NCBI RefSeq assembly: GCF_014280175.1
Contig: NZ_CP047931.1
Coordinates: forward strand, 1,920,001 to 1,952,000
DNA length: 32,000 bases
Origin: Synechococcus sp. A15-28
Lineage (GTDB): Bacteria; Cyanobacteriota; Cyanobacteriia; PCC-6307; Cyanobiaceae
Direction of reading: 5' to 3'
Under the pieces are notes generated by a model that had not been told where the DNA came from, made no database searches, and was given only the letters and a program-made list of their open reading frames with translations. The translations under genes and the position numbers were made by a program. Positions 19,616 through 29,935 of this stretch are shown one piece after another. Each line of letters starts with the position of its first letter. Position 1 is the stretch's first letter.

Positions 19616-20544
19616 TGTTGGCTGGACTGTTTCTCCTTGCCGGGGCTGCCGGTGCCACGGCCCTGTTGATCTGGCTGCAGCGTGATCGCCGCTATCACTC
19701 CTCAGACAGTGTTGCGGCCGCCTACGACGCATGGACCGATGACCGCCTGCTGGAACGACTCTGGGGTGATCATGTGCACCTTGGGCATTACGGCGACCCA
19801 CCAGGGCAGGTCGATTTCCGCCAGGCCAAGGAGGCCTTCGTGCACGAGCTGGTGCGCTGGAGCGGCCTCGATCAACTTCCCCGAGGCAGCCGTGTTCTGG
19901 ATGTGGGCTGCGGGATCGGCGGGAGTGCCCGGATCCTGGCCAGGGATTACGGCTTTGATGTGCTCGGTGTGAGCATCAGCCCGGCCCAGATCCGCCGCGC
20001 CACGGAACTCACCCCCGAAGGCATCACCTGTCGTTTTCAGGTGATGGACGCCCTCAACCTTCAACTGGACGACCAGCAGTTCGATGCGGTGTGGACGGTG
20101 GAGGCCGGTCCCCACATGCCCGACAAGCAGCGATTCGCCGACGAATTGCTGCGGGTGCTCCGCCCCGGTGGCCGCATCGCCGCCGCGGACTGGAACCGGA
20201 GGGATCCCCAGGACGGTGCCATGAATCGCACCGAGCGCTGGGTGATGCGCCAGCTGTTGAATCAATGGGCCCATCCGGAGTTCGCCAGCATCGCCGGCTT
20301 CCGAGCCAACCTTGAGGCCAGTCCTCACCAGCGGGGCAACATCAGCACGGCTGACTGGACTGTGGCCACGCTGCCCTCCTGGTTCGATTCGATCGCCGAG
20401 GGACTCCGCCGACCCGGTGCCGTCCTTGGCCTGGGGCCTAAGGCAGTGCTTCAGGGTTTACGGGAGACTCCAACGCTGCTGCTGATGTACTGGGCCTTTG
20501 CCACTGGGTTGATGCAGTTCGGGGTCTTTCGCCTCAGCCGCTGA
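19615..20544 (+). CDS. SAM-dependent methyltransferase, MPBQ/MSBQ or tocopherol methyltransferase family
   Basis: N-terminal transmembrane segment, VAAAYDAWTDDRLLERLWGDHVHLGHYG, VLDVGCGIGGSARILARDYGFDVLGVSISPAQ, ELLRVLRPGGRIAAADWNRR. Confidence 0.85.
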   Translation: MLAGLFLLAGAAGATALLIWLQRDRRYHSSDSVAAAYDAWTDDRLLERLWGDHVHLGHYGDPPGQVDFRQAKEAFVHELVRWSGLDQLPRGSRVLDVGCGIGGSARILARDYGFDVLGVSISPAQIRRATELTPEGITCRFQVMDALNLQLDDQQFDAVWTVEAGPHMPDKQRFADELLRVLRPGGRIAAADWNRRDPQDGAMNRTERWVMRQLLNQWAHPEFASIAGFRANLEASPHQRGNISTADWTVATLPSWFDSIAEGLRRPGAVLGLGPKAVLQGLRETPTLLLMYWAFATGLMQFGVFRLSR

Positions 20545-21394
20545 CCAGCTCACTGCTGGGATAGGCCCCGAAGTGCGCCAGATGCTCACAAAGGGGTGAC
20601 AGCGCCGCAACCAAGGTGCTCAGCGCTTTGGGCTGGTGCTGCGGCAGATCCACATCAACGAAAAACACGTACTCCCCCAACTCACGCTTGGAGGGACGCG
20701 ATTCAATCCGGCTCATATTGAGCCCGTGTTCCGCCAGGCAGGCCAGAGCTTCCAGCAGAGCACCGGGGGCATTGCGATGCAACGAGAAGGCCAGGCTGGC
20801 CACATCGCCTTCCAGGCGTCGTTCACCGCGGTGGAGCAGCAGAAAACGGGTGCGATTGCCCGCAACATCGTTCACCGGATACGCCAGTTCCTGCAGTCCA
20901 TGCTCCCGGCCGGCATTGCGGGAGGCGATCGCCGCGCGGAAGCGGCTGCCCGCCACCATCCGCGCCGCTTCGGCGGTTGAGGAGGTGGGTAGTTGCAGAG
21001 CCTGAGGCAACCGTTCGGCCAGCCAACCGGAACACTGCGCCAGGGCCTGAGGGTGAGACAGTACTTCGGTGACGTCCTCCAACGATCCACTGCCATGCAG
21101 GGCATGACGGATCGGCAGCACAAGGGCGCGGCGGATGCAGAGGTCGGAATGGGCCCAGAGCGCATCTAGCGTGGCCGTGACTCCACCTTCAACGGAGTTC
21201 TCCACAGGGACCACCGCCGCATCAGCCCCTGCCTGGGCCAGGCACTCCACCACGGCCCGCAGGCCTGCGCATGGCAGAAAGCTCACCTCCGAAAGCCCTT
21301 CCAGATCGGCAAGGGCTCGACTGGCCTGCTCGCCATAGGTCCCAGCAGGGCCGAGGTAGGCGATGCGGGTGGGCATCGGAGGCAGGGACAACAC
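20534..21394 (-). CDS. pheA: Prephenate dehydratase
   Basis: RIAYLGPAGTYGEQASRAL, VVPVENSVEGGVTATLDAL, TRFLLLHR, GALLEALACLAEHGLNMSRIESRPSKRELGEYVFFVDVD (ACT domain). Confidence 0.95.
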   Translation of the reverse strand: MLSLPPMPTRIAYLGPAGTYGEQASRALADLEGLSEVSFLPCAGLRAVVECLAQAGADAAVVPVENSVEGGVTATLDALWAHSDLCIRRALVLPIRHALHGSGSLEDVTEVLSHPQALAQCSGWLAERLPQALQLPTSSTAEAARMVAGSRFRAAIASRNAGREHGLQELAYPVNDVAGNRTRFLLLHRGERRLEGDVASLAFSLHRNAPGALLEALACLAEHGLNMSRIESRPSKRELGEYVFFVDVDLPQHQPKALSTLVAALSPLCEHLAHFGAYPSSELVSG

Positions 21395-21426
21395 TGGATA
21401 GGATCATGCCCTGTCGGGAGATGGTC

Positions 21427-21993
21427 ATGCCCCTGGCCTTCTGTGCCAGCCAGCGCCTTGATCTACCCGTGAAGCGCCTGAGCGAGCGGCTGCCGGAGTA
21501 CCTCCAGCAGGAAGAACGGGTGATCGCTTCCCTGCTGGATCCAAGTCAATTGACGCGATTGGCTCCGGGCACCTATCGCTACACCGTCACCAGCCTGCAG
21601 GTGTTTCAACTGCAGGTGAAACCCGTCGTCTCCCTCGAGATCGAAACCGAGGGGGGCACGATGACGATGCGAGCACTGGACTGTGAGCTGGAGGGCCTTG
21701 GAATCGTCGATGACTTCAACCTCACCCTGGAAGCCCGATTGAGTTGCGCCAGCAAGGGCCTCAGCGGTGATGCCCGCCTGGAGGTTCAGGTCAGCCAACC
21801 ACCACTGTTGCGACTGATTCCTCGGCGCGTTCTGGAAACCACAGGGGAATCGATTCTCAGCGGAATTCTGCTGGGCATCAAAACGCGGGTGGGGCAGCAG
21901 CTGATTGCAGATTTCAAGCGTTGGTGCAGCGAGACGCCCGCCCTCACATCACCCCAGCAGGCGGCGGAGAAAGCTGCGGCGATGCAGAGCTGA
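21427..21993 (+). CDS. DUF1997-like cyanobacterial/plastid conserved protein
   Basis: [77 protein letters not shown]...; start could be 21421 or 21427 within the longer 21271 ORF. Confidence 0.7.
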   Translation: MPLAFCASQRLDLPVKRLSERLPEYLQQEERVIASLLDPSQLTRLAPGTYRYTVTSLQVFQLQVKPVVSLEIETEGGTMTMRALDCELEGLGIVDDFNLTLEARLSCASKGLSGDARLEVQVSQPPLLRLIPRRVLETTGESILSGILLGIKTRVGQQLIADFKRWCSETPALTSPQQAAEKAAAMQS

Positions 21994-22635
21994 AGGCCCG
22001 AGATCAAGCAGAGCTTGGCGATGTTGGGCTGTTCCGTAACCTGCATGGCGTTCCAGGCCGTAGCCGGCAAACCGTCGAGACAGACGCTGAATCAACGCAT
22101 CCCGGCTCTGTTTCGCGATCACGCTGGCAGCCGCGATGGCCGGAGAGTGCTGATCGCCAGCCACGATGCTGCGTTGTTCACCAAGCCAGGGCCGCAGGGG
22201 CAGATTTCCATCCACCAGCACCAGCTCCGGTCGATGCGGCAGCCGCTGCAGAGCCCGCAGCATCGCCAATTCAGTGGCAGGACGAATGCCCAGGAGATCG
22301 ATCTCTCGTGCCGAAGCCTGACCCAGTCCCCAGGCGTCAGCCTCCCTTTCGATCAACGGCACCAGGTTCTCCCGCCGGCGTGCGGACAACCGCTTGCTGT
22401 CGGTGAGCCCCGCCTGCTGAAGACGGCCGGCATTGTCCGCCTCCAACACAACAGCCCCGGCGAAGACGGGGCCGAACAGGCAGCCCCGGCCCACCTCATC
22501 CACCCCGGCGACACCGCGGTGGCAGGGGATCGAATCAATCAGGAGAGCTGGCGGCCGAAGACCGACGCCGGCGGCGGCGAGGTTCTTCAGGATCGGGGTC
22601 TTCATCGACGGCCTTGGGCGCCTCAACAACAACAT
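21949..22635 (-). CDS. rnhB: Ribonuclease HII
   Basis: [57 protein letters not shown]. The start is uncertain; catalytic core begins about 42 aa in. Confidence 0.93.
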   Translation of the reverse strand: MLLLRRPRPSMKTPILKNLAAAGVGLRPPALLIDSIPCHRGVAGVDEVGRGCLFGPVFAGAVVLEADNAGRLQQAGLTDSKRLSARRRENLVPLIEREADAWGLGQASAREIDLLGIRPATELAMLRALQRLPHRPELVLVDGNLPLRPWLGEQRSIVAGDQHSPAIAAASVIAKQSRDALIQRLSRRFAGYGLERHAGYGTAQHRQALLDLGPSALHRRSFLRRLLG

Positions 22636-24502
22636 CCGTCACAGGAGTTGGCGCTGGGGTTGGGGTTGGCGCCACCTCATCCAGGACCACGGTTTGAACC
22701 GCCTCAAGGGGCGTGATTTCAACCATTAACAGCTGGTCCTCGACCACCGCTGGTCGCTCCGCCTCAGACACGGCCGGAGTCTCGAGCGACGTGGAGGACG
22801 ACGTTCCTCCGTTTCCACGGGAGGCAGCACGACCTCCACGACCGCCGCGGCGGCGGCGGCGACCTGCCGTCGCGGCCAACTGCTGACGGGCCTGCTCGAG
22901 CACAGCCTCGGTGTCTTCGCCGGGCCGGACCACCCGCACCATCACATTCTCGGATTCCGGGGGGTCATCCAGGAGAAGGATCGGATTCAGGCCAAGGGTT
23001 CCGTAGACCTCCTCCTGCTCCGGGGTCATGGGCACCGCCACCAGTTCCGGATCCTGGCGACGGGCGAGAGCGGGTTCCTGCGCCTCCTGCGTGGAGACCT
23101 CTGGAGCCTCGGTTCCATCGGTGTCACTCAGCACCGGCAGGTTGTCCTGGGCGGCACGCCCTCGGCCGCCACGACGACGTCGCCCGTTACTGGCGGTCTC
23201 AACGGGAGCGGCCACTTGCGCGCGGGCCGACGCTGCGGACCGCACCAGTCCTGTCGCTGTTGCCAGAGGCTGGAGCAGATCCTTGCCCGGCAGGACCGCC
23301 ACATGACCGAGGCCACCGCAACTGGGGCAGGCACGACCGAACAGCTCATAAATGTTCTGCCCCTGGCGTTTGCGGGTCAGTTCCACCAGACCCAGCTCCG
23401 TCAACTGCGCGATCTGCGGTCGCGCAGCGTCATCACGGACCGCCGTCGTGAAGTGCTCCAGCAGCTGCAGCTGATCCCGGCGGGAATCCATATCGATGAA
23501 ATCGATGATGATCACGCCGCCGATGTTGCGCAGCTTCAGCTGGCGGGCGATCTCGATGGCGGCCTCACAATTGGTCCACAACACCGTTTCCCGTGCATTG
23601 GCGGACCGGGTGAAGGAGCCCGAGTTCACGTCAATGACGGTGAGAGCCTCCGTGGGCTCGATGATCACGTAGCCCCCTGAAGGGAGATCGACCCGCGGTT
23701 TCAGCGCATCACGGATCGCAGCGTTGACCTTGAAGTGCTCCAACAGCTCGCTCGGCTCGCTGTGGGCCTCCACCTGAACCTTGTCTGCTTCGGCGCCGAG
23801 AAAACCGGTGACGCGGGCGACGGCGGCGGGCTCGTCCACCACCACCCGGGCCAGGTCCGGACCGGTGTGATCCCGCAGGATTCGGTTGATGAAATCCTCG
23901 TCCCGATTGAGCAGCACCGGGGGCGTCGCCGTCTCGGCCGCCTGCTGAATCGCTTCCCACTGCCGCAGAAGGGATTCGAGATCATCAATCAGCTGATCCT
24001 CGGCAATGCCATCGGCTTCGGTGCGAATCAGCAACCCCGCTCCGGGGGGCTTGATCAGCACGCCGAGAGCCCGAAGGCGATTGCGCTCGGCCTCAGAACT
24101 GATCCGGCGCGAGATGTTCACCCCCTGTCCGTGGGGCTGCAGCACCAGATAGCGCCCGGGGAGCGCCAGATTGCCGGTGAGTCGAGGCCCCTTGGTGCCG
24201 GTGGGCTCCTTCATCACCTGCACCAACACCTTCTGGCGTGGTTCCAGCAGTTCGGTGATGCCGGCCGACCCTTTTTTCAGCCGCAGTGGGCCCAGATCCG
24301 TGACGTGGATGAACCCGTTCTTTTCACTTTCGCCGATGTTGACGAAGGCCGCATCTATACCAGGAAGAACGTTCTCGACGGTGCCGAGATAAACATCGCC
24401 GATCTGGTAGCGACCTTGGGCAACGATCAGTTCATCAACCCGTTCATCGGTCAGCACCGCAGCGATGCGCAGCTGCTCCGCAATGACAATTTGCTGGGGC
24501 AT
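22535..24502 (-). CDS. rne: Ribonuclease E/G family endoribonuclease
   Basis: S1 domain ([36 protein letters not shown]), [55 protein letters not shown] zinc-link motif, Arg-rich C-terminal tail. Confidence 0.96.
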   Translation of the reverse strand: MPQQIVIAEQLRIAAVLTDERVDELIVAQGRYQIGDVYLGTVENVLPGIDAAFVNIGESEKNGFIHVTDLGPLRLKKGSAGITELLEPRQKVLVQVMKEPTGTKGPRLTGNLALPGRYLVLQPHGQGVNISRRISSEAERNRLRALGVLIKPPGAGLLIRTEADGIAEDQLIDDLESLLRQWEAIQQAAETATPPVLLNRDEDFINRILRDHTGPDLARVVVDEPAAVARVTGFLGAEADKVQVEAHSEPSELLEHFKVNAAIRDALKPRVDLPSGGYVIIEPTEALTVIDVNSGSFTRSANARETVLWTNCEAAIEIARQLKLRNIGGVIIIDFIDMDSRRDQLQLLEHFTTAVRDDAARPQIAQLTELGLVELTRKRQGQNIYELFGRACPSCGGLGHVAVLPGKDLLQPLATATGLVRSAASARAQVAAPVETASNGRRRRGGRGRAAQDNLPVLSDTDGTEAPEVSTQEAQEPALARRQDPELVAVPMTPEQEEVYGTLGLNPILLLDDPPESENVMVRVVRPGEDTEAVLEQARQQLAATAGRRRRRGGRGGRAASRGNGGTSSSTSLETPAVSEAERPAVVEDQLLMVEITPLEAVQTVVLDEVAPTPTPAPTPVTDVVVEAPKAVDEDPDPEEPRRRRRRSSAASSPD

Positions 24503-24752
24503 AAATGGTCGTGCAAGCCCACGCGAGGCTCAAAATCCCATCAGCCGACATCCGCCGCGCTGCAGGGGTGGTTAGGGATGGATGGACCGATGAAGGTCGA
24601 AATGTTGCGGAGTCGAAACTCCTCTGGAACGCGCTCGAAGGAATTGGGTTCTGAACGGACCGTCGCTCGAGCGATGGACCTCGATATCCGATAGCGGATC
24701 AGGCAAGACCGGAACAGGACGAGACAGAAATGCCCGCTGTTCTGTAGTCAAA

Positions 24753-27407
24753 TTAGCACTCAGCCAGTTGCAAAGCCTCACGACGCAGATCGTGCAGTTG
24801 CAGCGGCACACCGAGCTCAGCTTCCAGCCAGTGCTTGATCTGGGAGGGACGGATGCTGCGCCCCATGGGATCCACCGCGGCCTCGAGCCGCAACCTCACC
24901 TGCTGGTCATCCCCAGGGCTGACCAAAATCAACGCGCGCAGGGCCGGCCGGCAGTCCCGCTCGCGGGGGCGACCTTTCTTATCGGTGTCATGCCAGATCA
25001 ATTGCTCAGCAGCCATGAGGGCCTCAACGGCCTCAGACCAGCGGGGATGCACCTCAGGCTGCAGCTGGAGATCGAAACTCCAAACAGCACCGGTGATGTT
25101 CTGGGACAGGCTCTTGCCGCTGACCGGCACCTCCTCCGCTGAGAGCAAGGCCAGACCGTTCGGCAGCAGACCTTGCAGCGACGCAAGCAACTGCTCACCC
25201 GTGATGCTTCTGGTGAACTCGAGATCCATCCACTCGCCATCCGCTTCTGCCCCCAGCGGCAGTGCCAGGGCGATCTGGATCCGTGGAAGCGGATGAAATC
25301 CACCGGTGAAGCTGATCGGCAGGGCACTGCGGCGCAGAGCCCGCTCCACCATCCGCATCAAATCGAGATGGCTGAGCAGGGCCATCGAGCCGGTCTTGGC
25401 GAAACGGATCCGCAAGCGGCAGACCCTGTCACTGGCGGGGGCCTGTGTGGGCAGCTGTGTTGGCACCGCCGGGGGAGGCACCACCACGTTGTGGCCGAGA
25501 TCCGGCCCGCAAACCCCGCAGCTGCTGCAACCGTCAAAGGAGCAGTCCGGCACCACCGCCGCCGCCAGAGCCCGTTTCAGATCCTCTGCCAACCAACTCT
25601 TGTCGATGCCGGTGTCGATGTGATCCCAGGGCAGCGGCTGAGCGCAGAAGCTGTCGAGGTCCTGCCGATCCAAAGCCGTCACGGCGCTCCAACCACCCAC
25701 CTCCATGTCGCGGTAACGCCCCTCCAGGCCAGCAGCGGCAATGGCCCCGGTCCAGGCGGCATAGGCGCGGTCCTGGGATTCAAACCAGGCATCCATCCCC
25801 GCTCCAGCCCGCCAGGCGGCCTCGATCACCGGCGCCAGGCGACGATCGCTGCGGCCGACGAAATCCTCCATGGCCGACAGCCTCACGTCGGTGAAATTCA
25901 CCTTCACCCCACGCAAGCGCTTGAAAGCCCCACGCAATAAGTCCTGACGCCGGATGAACTCATCGGTGGAGACGCTGTGCCACTGGAACGGCGTGTGGGG
26001 CTTCGGCGTGAAATTGCTGATGGTGATGTTCAGGTTCAGCCGCCCCAGATCACGGCAGCGCTGCTGAAGCATCACGCAGGTGTCGACGATCCCGAGCACG
26101 TCGGCATCGATTTCCCCCGGCAAGCCGATCATGAAGTAGAGCTTCACCTTGCGATAGCCGTTCTCCATGGCGGTGCGAATGCCATGGAGCAGGTCGTCAT
26201 CGGTCAGGCCTTTGTTGACGATGTCCCGCAGACGCTGGGTGCCGGCTTCAGGCGCGAAGGTGAGTCCGGCCTGGCGCGTTCCACCCAGGATGTGGGCGAT
26301 GTCTTGATCAAATCGGTCCACCCGCTGGCTCGGCAGCTGCAGGGTCACGTTCTGGTCCGCCAGACGGTTGCGCAGCTCCACCCCCACCGCTGGCAGGGCC
26401 AGGTAATCGCTGCAGCTGAGCGACAGCAGCGAGAAGTCGCTGTAGCCGGTCCGTTTCATCCCGGTTTCCACGGCCTCGATCACCGCTTCCGGCTCCACAT
26501 CCCGTGCCGGCCTGGTGAGCATTCCGGGCTGACAGAAGCGGCAGCCGCGGGTGCAGCCGCGGCGAATCTCCACGGTGAGCCGGTCGTGCACCGTTTCCAC
26601 ATGGGGCACCAGGCCCATGGCGTAGTGCGGCATCGGCGTCGCCACCCGGCGCAGCACCCGGCGCGGCAACTCAGGATGCAGGGGCTGCAGGGTGACGCCG
26701 TCGTCGCCTGGTTCATACAGCGACGGGACGTAAACCCCGGGAACCTGAGCCAGATCCCGCAGCAGTTGTGAACGGCTCAGGCCCTCGGCCTTGGCCTGAG
26801 CCACCACCAGCCCGATCTCGGGCAGCAGTTCCTCACCATCCCCCAGGGCGATGAAATCGAAGAACGGGGCATAGGGCTCGGGGTTGCTTGTGGCCGTAGG
26901 ACCACCGGCAAAGATCAGCGGAGGTGCCGCCGGATCAGTGAGGGGGAGATCACCGCGGTCTGATGCATGCAGCGGCACCCGGCACAGATCCAGCATCTCC
27001 AGGATGTTGGTGGCACCCAGCTCGTAACTCAGGCTGAAGCCGAGGATGTCGAAGGCTGGCAAGGGTCGGCGGCTTTCCACGCCGAAGAGGGCCTGCTCCT
27101 GCTCCCGCAGTCGGGCCGCCAGATCGGCCGCCGGCAGATAAGCCCGATCACAGAGCTGACCGGGGACCGCATTGAGGATCGAATAAAGAATGATGTGGCC
27201 CAGGTTGCTTGAGCCCACCTCGTAGATCTCGGGATAGGTGAGAGCCCAACGCACCTGAGCCGCCTGCCAATCCCGCGGCTCGACACCAAGCTCATGGCCC
27301 ATGTAGCGGGCGGGCTTGTTGATGCCGCTGTCCACCAGCTGGTGAAAATCAACCGGGTGATCCGGGGCAGACACGACCACGACGGATGTCCTCACACCTG
27401 ACGTCAT
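24753..27407 (-). CDS. Radical SAM protein (TIGR03960 type) fused to a DUF2344/TIGR03936-type domain
   Basis: [57 protein letters not shown], radical SAM cluster [11 protein letters not shown], second domain [47 protein letters not shown]. Exact start uncertain. Confidence 0.88.
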   Translation of the reverse strand: MTSGVRTSVVVVSAPDHPVDFHQLVDSGINKPARYMGHELGVEPRDWQAAQVRWALTYPEIYEVGSSNLGHIILYSILNAVPGQLCDRAYLPAADLAARLREQEQALFGVESRRPLPAFDILGFSLSYELGATNILEMLDLCRVPLHASDRGDLPLTDPAAPPLIFAGGPTATSNPEPYAPFFDFIALGDGEELLPEIGLVVAQAKAEGLSRSQLLRDLAQVPGVYVPSLYEPGDDGVTLQPLHPELPRRVLRRVATPMPHYAMGLVPHVETVHDRLTVEIRRGCTRGCRFCQPGMLTRPARDVEPEAVIEAVETGMKRTGYSDFSLLSLSCSDYLALPAVGVELRNRLADQNVTLQLPSQRVDRFDQDIAHILGGTRQAGLTFAPEAGTQRLRDIVNKGLTDDDLLHGIRTAMENGYRKVKLYFMIGLPGEIDADVLGIVDTCVMLQQRCRDLGRLNLNITISNFTPKPHTPFQWHSVSTDEFIRRQDLLRGAFKRLRGVKVNFTDVRLSAMEDFVGRSDRRLAPVIEAAWRAGAGMDAWFESQDRAYAAWTGAIAAAGLEGRYRDMEVGGWSAVTALDRQDLDSFCAQPLPWDHIDTGIDKSWLAEDLKRALAAAVVPDCSFDGCSSCGVCGPDLGHNVVVPPPAVPTQLPTQAPASDRVCRLRIRFAKTGSMALLSHLDLMRMVERALRRSALPISFTGGFHPLPRIQIALALPLGAEADGEWMDLEFTRSITGEQLLASLQGLLPNGLALLSAEEVPVSGKSLSQNITGAVWSFDLQLQPEVHPRWSEAVEALMAAEQLIWHDTDKKGRPRERDCRPALRALILVSPGDDQQVRLRLEAAVDPMGRSIRPSQIKHWLEAELGVPLQLHDLRREALQLAEC

Positions 27408-27460
27408 CGTATGGAGCGGTCGACAGGGCAGGATGCACCCGCAGAAACCCCTTCGGTTCC

Positions 27461-28687
27461 GTGGTGCAGGTCAACGGCAATTACCTCAGACTCAAAGCGG
27501 GCTACCTGTTCCCGGAAATCGGACGTCGGGTCAAAGCCTTCAGCGCCGCCAACCCAGATGCTGCACTGATCCGCCTGGGCATCGGCGATGTGACGGAGCC
27601 GCTTCCACTGGCCTGTCGCGAAGCGATGAAAGCCGCCATTGATGCCATGGGCACCGCCGAAGGTTTTCACGGTTACGGTCCCGAGCAGGGCTATGGCTGG
27701 CTGCGCGAGGCGATCGCCAAGCAGGACTTCCAGGCCCGCGGATGCGATATCAGCGCCGAAGAGATCTTCGTCTCCGACGGCTCCAAATGCGACAGCAGCA
27801 ACATTCTCGACATCCTCGGGGAGGGCAATCGCATCGCCGTGACCGATCCGGTGTACCCCGTTTACGTGGACACCAACGTGATGGCTGGCCGCACCGGTGA
27901 GGCCGGAGATGAAGGCCGCTACGCGGGTCTCACCTACCTGCCGATCAGCGCCGACAACGGCTTTGCCGCCCAGATCCCAAGCGAGCCTGTGGATCTGATC
28001 TATCTGTGCTTCCCCAACAACCCCACCGGAGCGGTGGCCACAAAGGAACAGCTGAAAGCCTGGGTGGATTACGCCCGCAGCAACGGCGCCCTGATCCTGT
28101 TTGATGCCGCTTACGAAGCCTTCATTCAGGATCCGAGCCTCCCCCATTCGATCTTTGAGATCGAAGGCGCACGCGACTGCGCCATGGAATTCCGTTCCTT
28201 CTCCAAGAACGCCGGCTTCACTGGCACGCGCTGTGCTTTCACCGTGGTACCCAAAGGCCTGAAGGGCAAAGCCGCCAACGGAGAGGACGTGGAGCTTTGG
28301 GGCCTGTGGAACCGTCGCCAGAGCACCAAGTTCAACGGCGTCAGCTACATCATTCAGCGTGGTGCAGAAGCGGTGTACTCCGAAGCTGGCCAGGCGGAAG
28401 TGAAGGGCCTGGTGAACTTCTACATGGAGAACGCCGCCATCATCCGCCGGGAGCTCAGTGCTGCCGGTCTCACCATCTACGGGGGCGAGCACGCGCCTTA
28501 CGTCTGGATCAAGACCCCTGACGGCATGGACTCCTGGGGCTTCTTTGACCACATGCTCAACAAAGCGAACGTGGTGGGCACACCCGGCAGTGGCTTCGGC
28601 GCCGCTGGGGAGGGCTACTTCCGCCTGTCCGCCTTCAACAGCCGTGCCAACGTGGATGCTGCGATGGCTCGGATCAAAGCCCTCTGA
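27461..28687 (+). CDS. dapL: LL-diaminopimelate aminotransferase
   Basis: (V/M)[76 protein letters not shown] start chosen by the conserved N-terminus; the ORF track begins at 27386. Confidence 0.95.
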   Translation: MVQVNGNYLRLKAGYLFPEIGRRVKAFSAANPDAALIRLGIGDVTEPLPLACREAMKAAIDAMGTAEGFHGYGPEQGYGWLREAIAKQDFQARGCDISAEEIFVSDGSKCDSSNILDILGEGNRIAVTDPVYPVYVDTNVMAGRTGEAGDEGRYAGLTYLPISADNGFAAQIPSEPVDLIYLCFPNNPTGAVATKEQLKAWVDYARSNGALILFDAAYEAFIQDPSLPHSIFEIEGARDCAMEFRSFSKNAGFTGTRCAFTVVPKGLKGKAANGEDVELWGLWNRRQSTKFNGVSYIIQRGAEAVYSEAGQAEVKGLVNFYMENAAIIRRELSAAGLTIYGGEHAPYVWIKTPDGMDSWGFFDHMLNKANVVGTPGSGFGAAGEGYFRLSAFNSRANVDAAMARIKAL

Positions 28688-28733
28688 GCAGGTTGTGCAT
28701 CGATTCCCTTTAGATTTGGATCAACCGAACACC

Positions 28734-29054
28734 ATGGCTATGGCGGTGGATACACCGACCCGTTCCCCCGGTGGAGCTGCGGTGATGGAAAAGGCCCCGG
28801 AACGGGTCCGCAAACCATCACCGCGCTACAAGGTGCTGCTCCACAACGATCCGGTGAACACCATGGAATACGTGGTGAGCACTTTGCGTCAGGTGGTGCC
28901 ACAACTCAGTGAGCAGGACGCCATGGCCGTGATGATGGAGGCTCACAACACCGGCGTCGGCCTTGTGATCGTGTGTGATCTCGAGCCGGCCGAGTTTTAT
29001 TGCGAGACCCTGAAAGCCAAGGGCCTCACCAGCACGATCGAGCCGGAAAACTGA
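28734..29054 (+). CDS. clpS: ATP-dependent Clp protease adaptor ClpS
   Basis: YKVLLHNDPVNTMEYVVSTLRQVVPQLSEQDAMAVMMEAHNTGVGLVIVCDLEPAEFYCETLKAKGLTSTIEPE. Confidence 0.95.
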   Translation: MAMAVDTPTRSPGGAAVMEKAPERVRKPSPRYKVLLHNDPVNTMEYVVSTLRQVVPQLSEQDAMAVMMEAHNTGVGLVIVCDLEPAEFYCETLKAKGLTSTIEPEN

Positions 29055-29935
29055 TCAGATCCCTGCTGTCGCTTCGGGATCAGGGTATCCAGCTCAAGCC
29101 GGCATGGCTTTCCGCTGTGCTTCTGATTCCAACGTTGTATGCCCTCGGCTGGCTTCTGGCCTGGCCACTGATCCCCTTCGGAGTGCCCCCCGAACGACAG
29201 GCTTTGATCGGCACCCTGATCAGCTTCCTTTTACTGGTGGGTCTTCTGCCCCGATGGAGCCGGCTGAGGTGGAGATCCCCTGATGGATGGGCGGCCCTCG
29301 GGCTGACCGCCAGTGGTTGCCAGGGGCGGAGGCCGATCATCCCAGCACTGTGCGGCGGAATGGTTCTGGCATCAATCCTGCTGGGGATTGTGCTGCTGCC
29401 GGTGCTGCTGGGCAGCTGGGGGCATTGGATCGGGGAAGTCTCCATCAACCGCATGCTCAATGCCCTCCTGCTGGCCCTCGGAGTGGGATTTGCCGAGGAG
29501 CTGATCTTTCGGGCCTGGCTGTGGCGGGAACTCAATGAACTGCTGAGTTCTGCAGCAGCCCTGCTGATTCAGGCGCTGGTCTTCAGCCTGGTGCACACCC
29601 GCTTCAACCTCGGCGTCGTCTCCATGCTGGGATTGCTGAGCGGATTGTTTCTGCTGGGGCTAGCCCTGGCCCTGCAACGCCGGCTGGATGGTGGATCCCT
29701 CTGGGGATGCATTGGCCTCCATGGAGGCTTGGTTGGCGGCTGGTTTCTGATCCAGAGCGGCCTGGTGCAACTGTCACCCGATGCACCAGCCTGGTTGGTG
29801 GGCCCGGGTGGACTGTCCCCGAATCCCATCGGCGGATTGATGGGGATCGGAGGGTTATTGATCCTGCTGACCTTTCAACTCACCGCCGTCGCCAGGGCAG
29901 CGCGTCCTGAGACGGGAGCACGCAAGGCATCCTGA
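29000..29935 (+). CDS. CPBP family intramembrane metalloprotease (CAAX-type/abortive-infection-like fold)
   Basis: Multiple hydrophobic segments with EELIFRAWLWREL and VFSLVHTRFN motifs. The start is probably further downstream than 29000, near the end of clpS. Confidence 0.8.
   Translation: MRDPESQGPHQHDRAGKLIRSLLSLRDQGIQLKPAWLSAVLLIPTLYALGWLLAWPLIPFGVPPERQALIGTLISFLLLVGLLPRWSRLRWRSPDGWAALGLTASGCQGRRPIIPALCGGMVLASILLGIVLLPVLLGSWGHWIGEVSINRMLNALLLALGVGFAEELIFRAWLWRELNELLSSAAALLIQALVFSLVHTRFNLGVVSMLGLLSGLFLLGLALALQRRLDGGSLWGCIGLHGGLVGGWFLIQSGLVQLSPDAPAWLVGPGGLSPNPIGGLMGIGGLLILLTFQLTAVARAARPETGARKAS

Noticed and set aside
23735-24694. 319-aa plus-strand ORF opposite rne, and 25977-26771 opposite the radical SAM gene
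   Set aside because: No motifs, and they overlap strongly supported genes on the other strand.
20920-27720. GGCGATCGCC occurrences (HIP1-like octamer) near 20921 and 27712
   Set aside because: Only a couple of copies were seen by eye, both in coding sequence; no sign of the enrichment that would make them notable.
29000-29935. CPBP protease as an abortive-infection defence gene
   Set aside because: CPBP proteins are often labelled CAAX/Abi, but there is no defence partner, toxin or mobile marker here and the neighbourhood is housekeeping.
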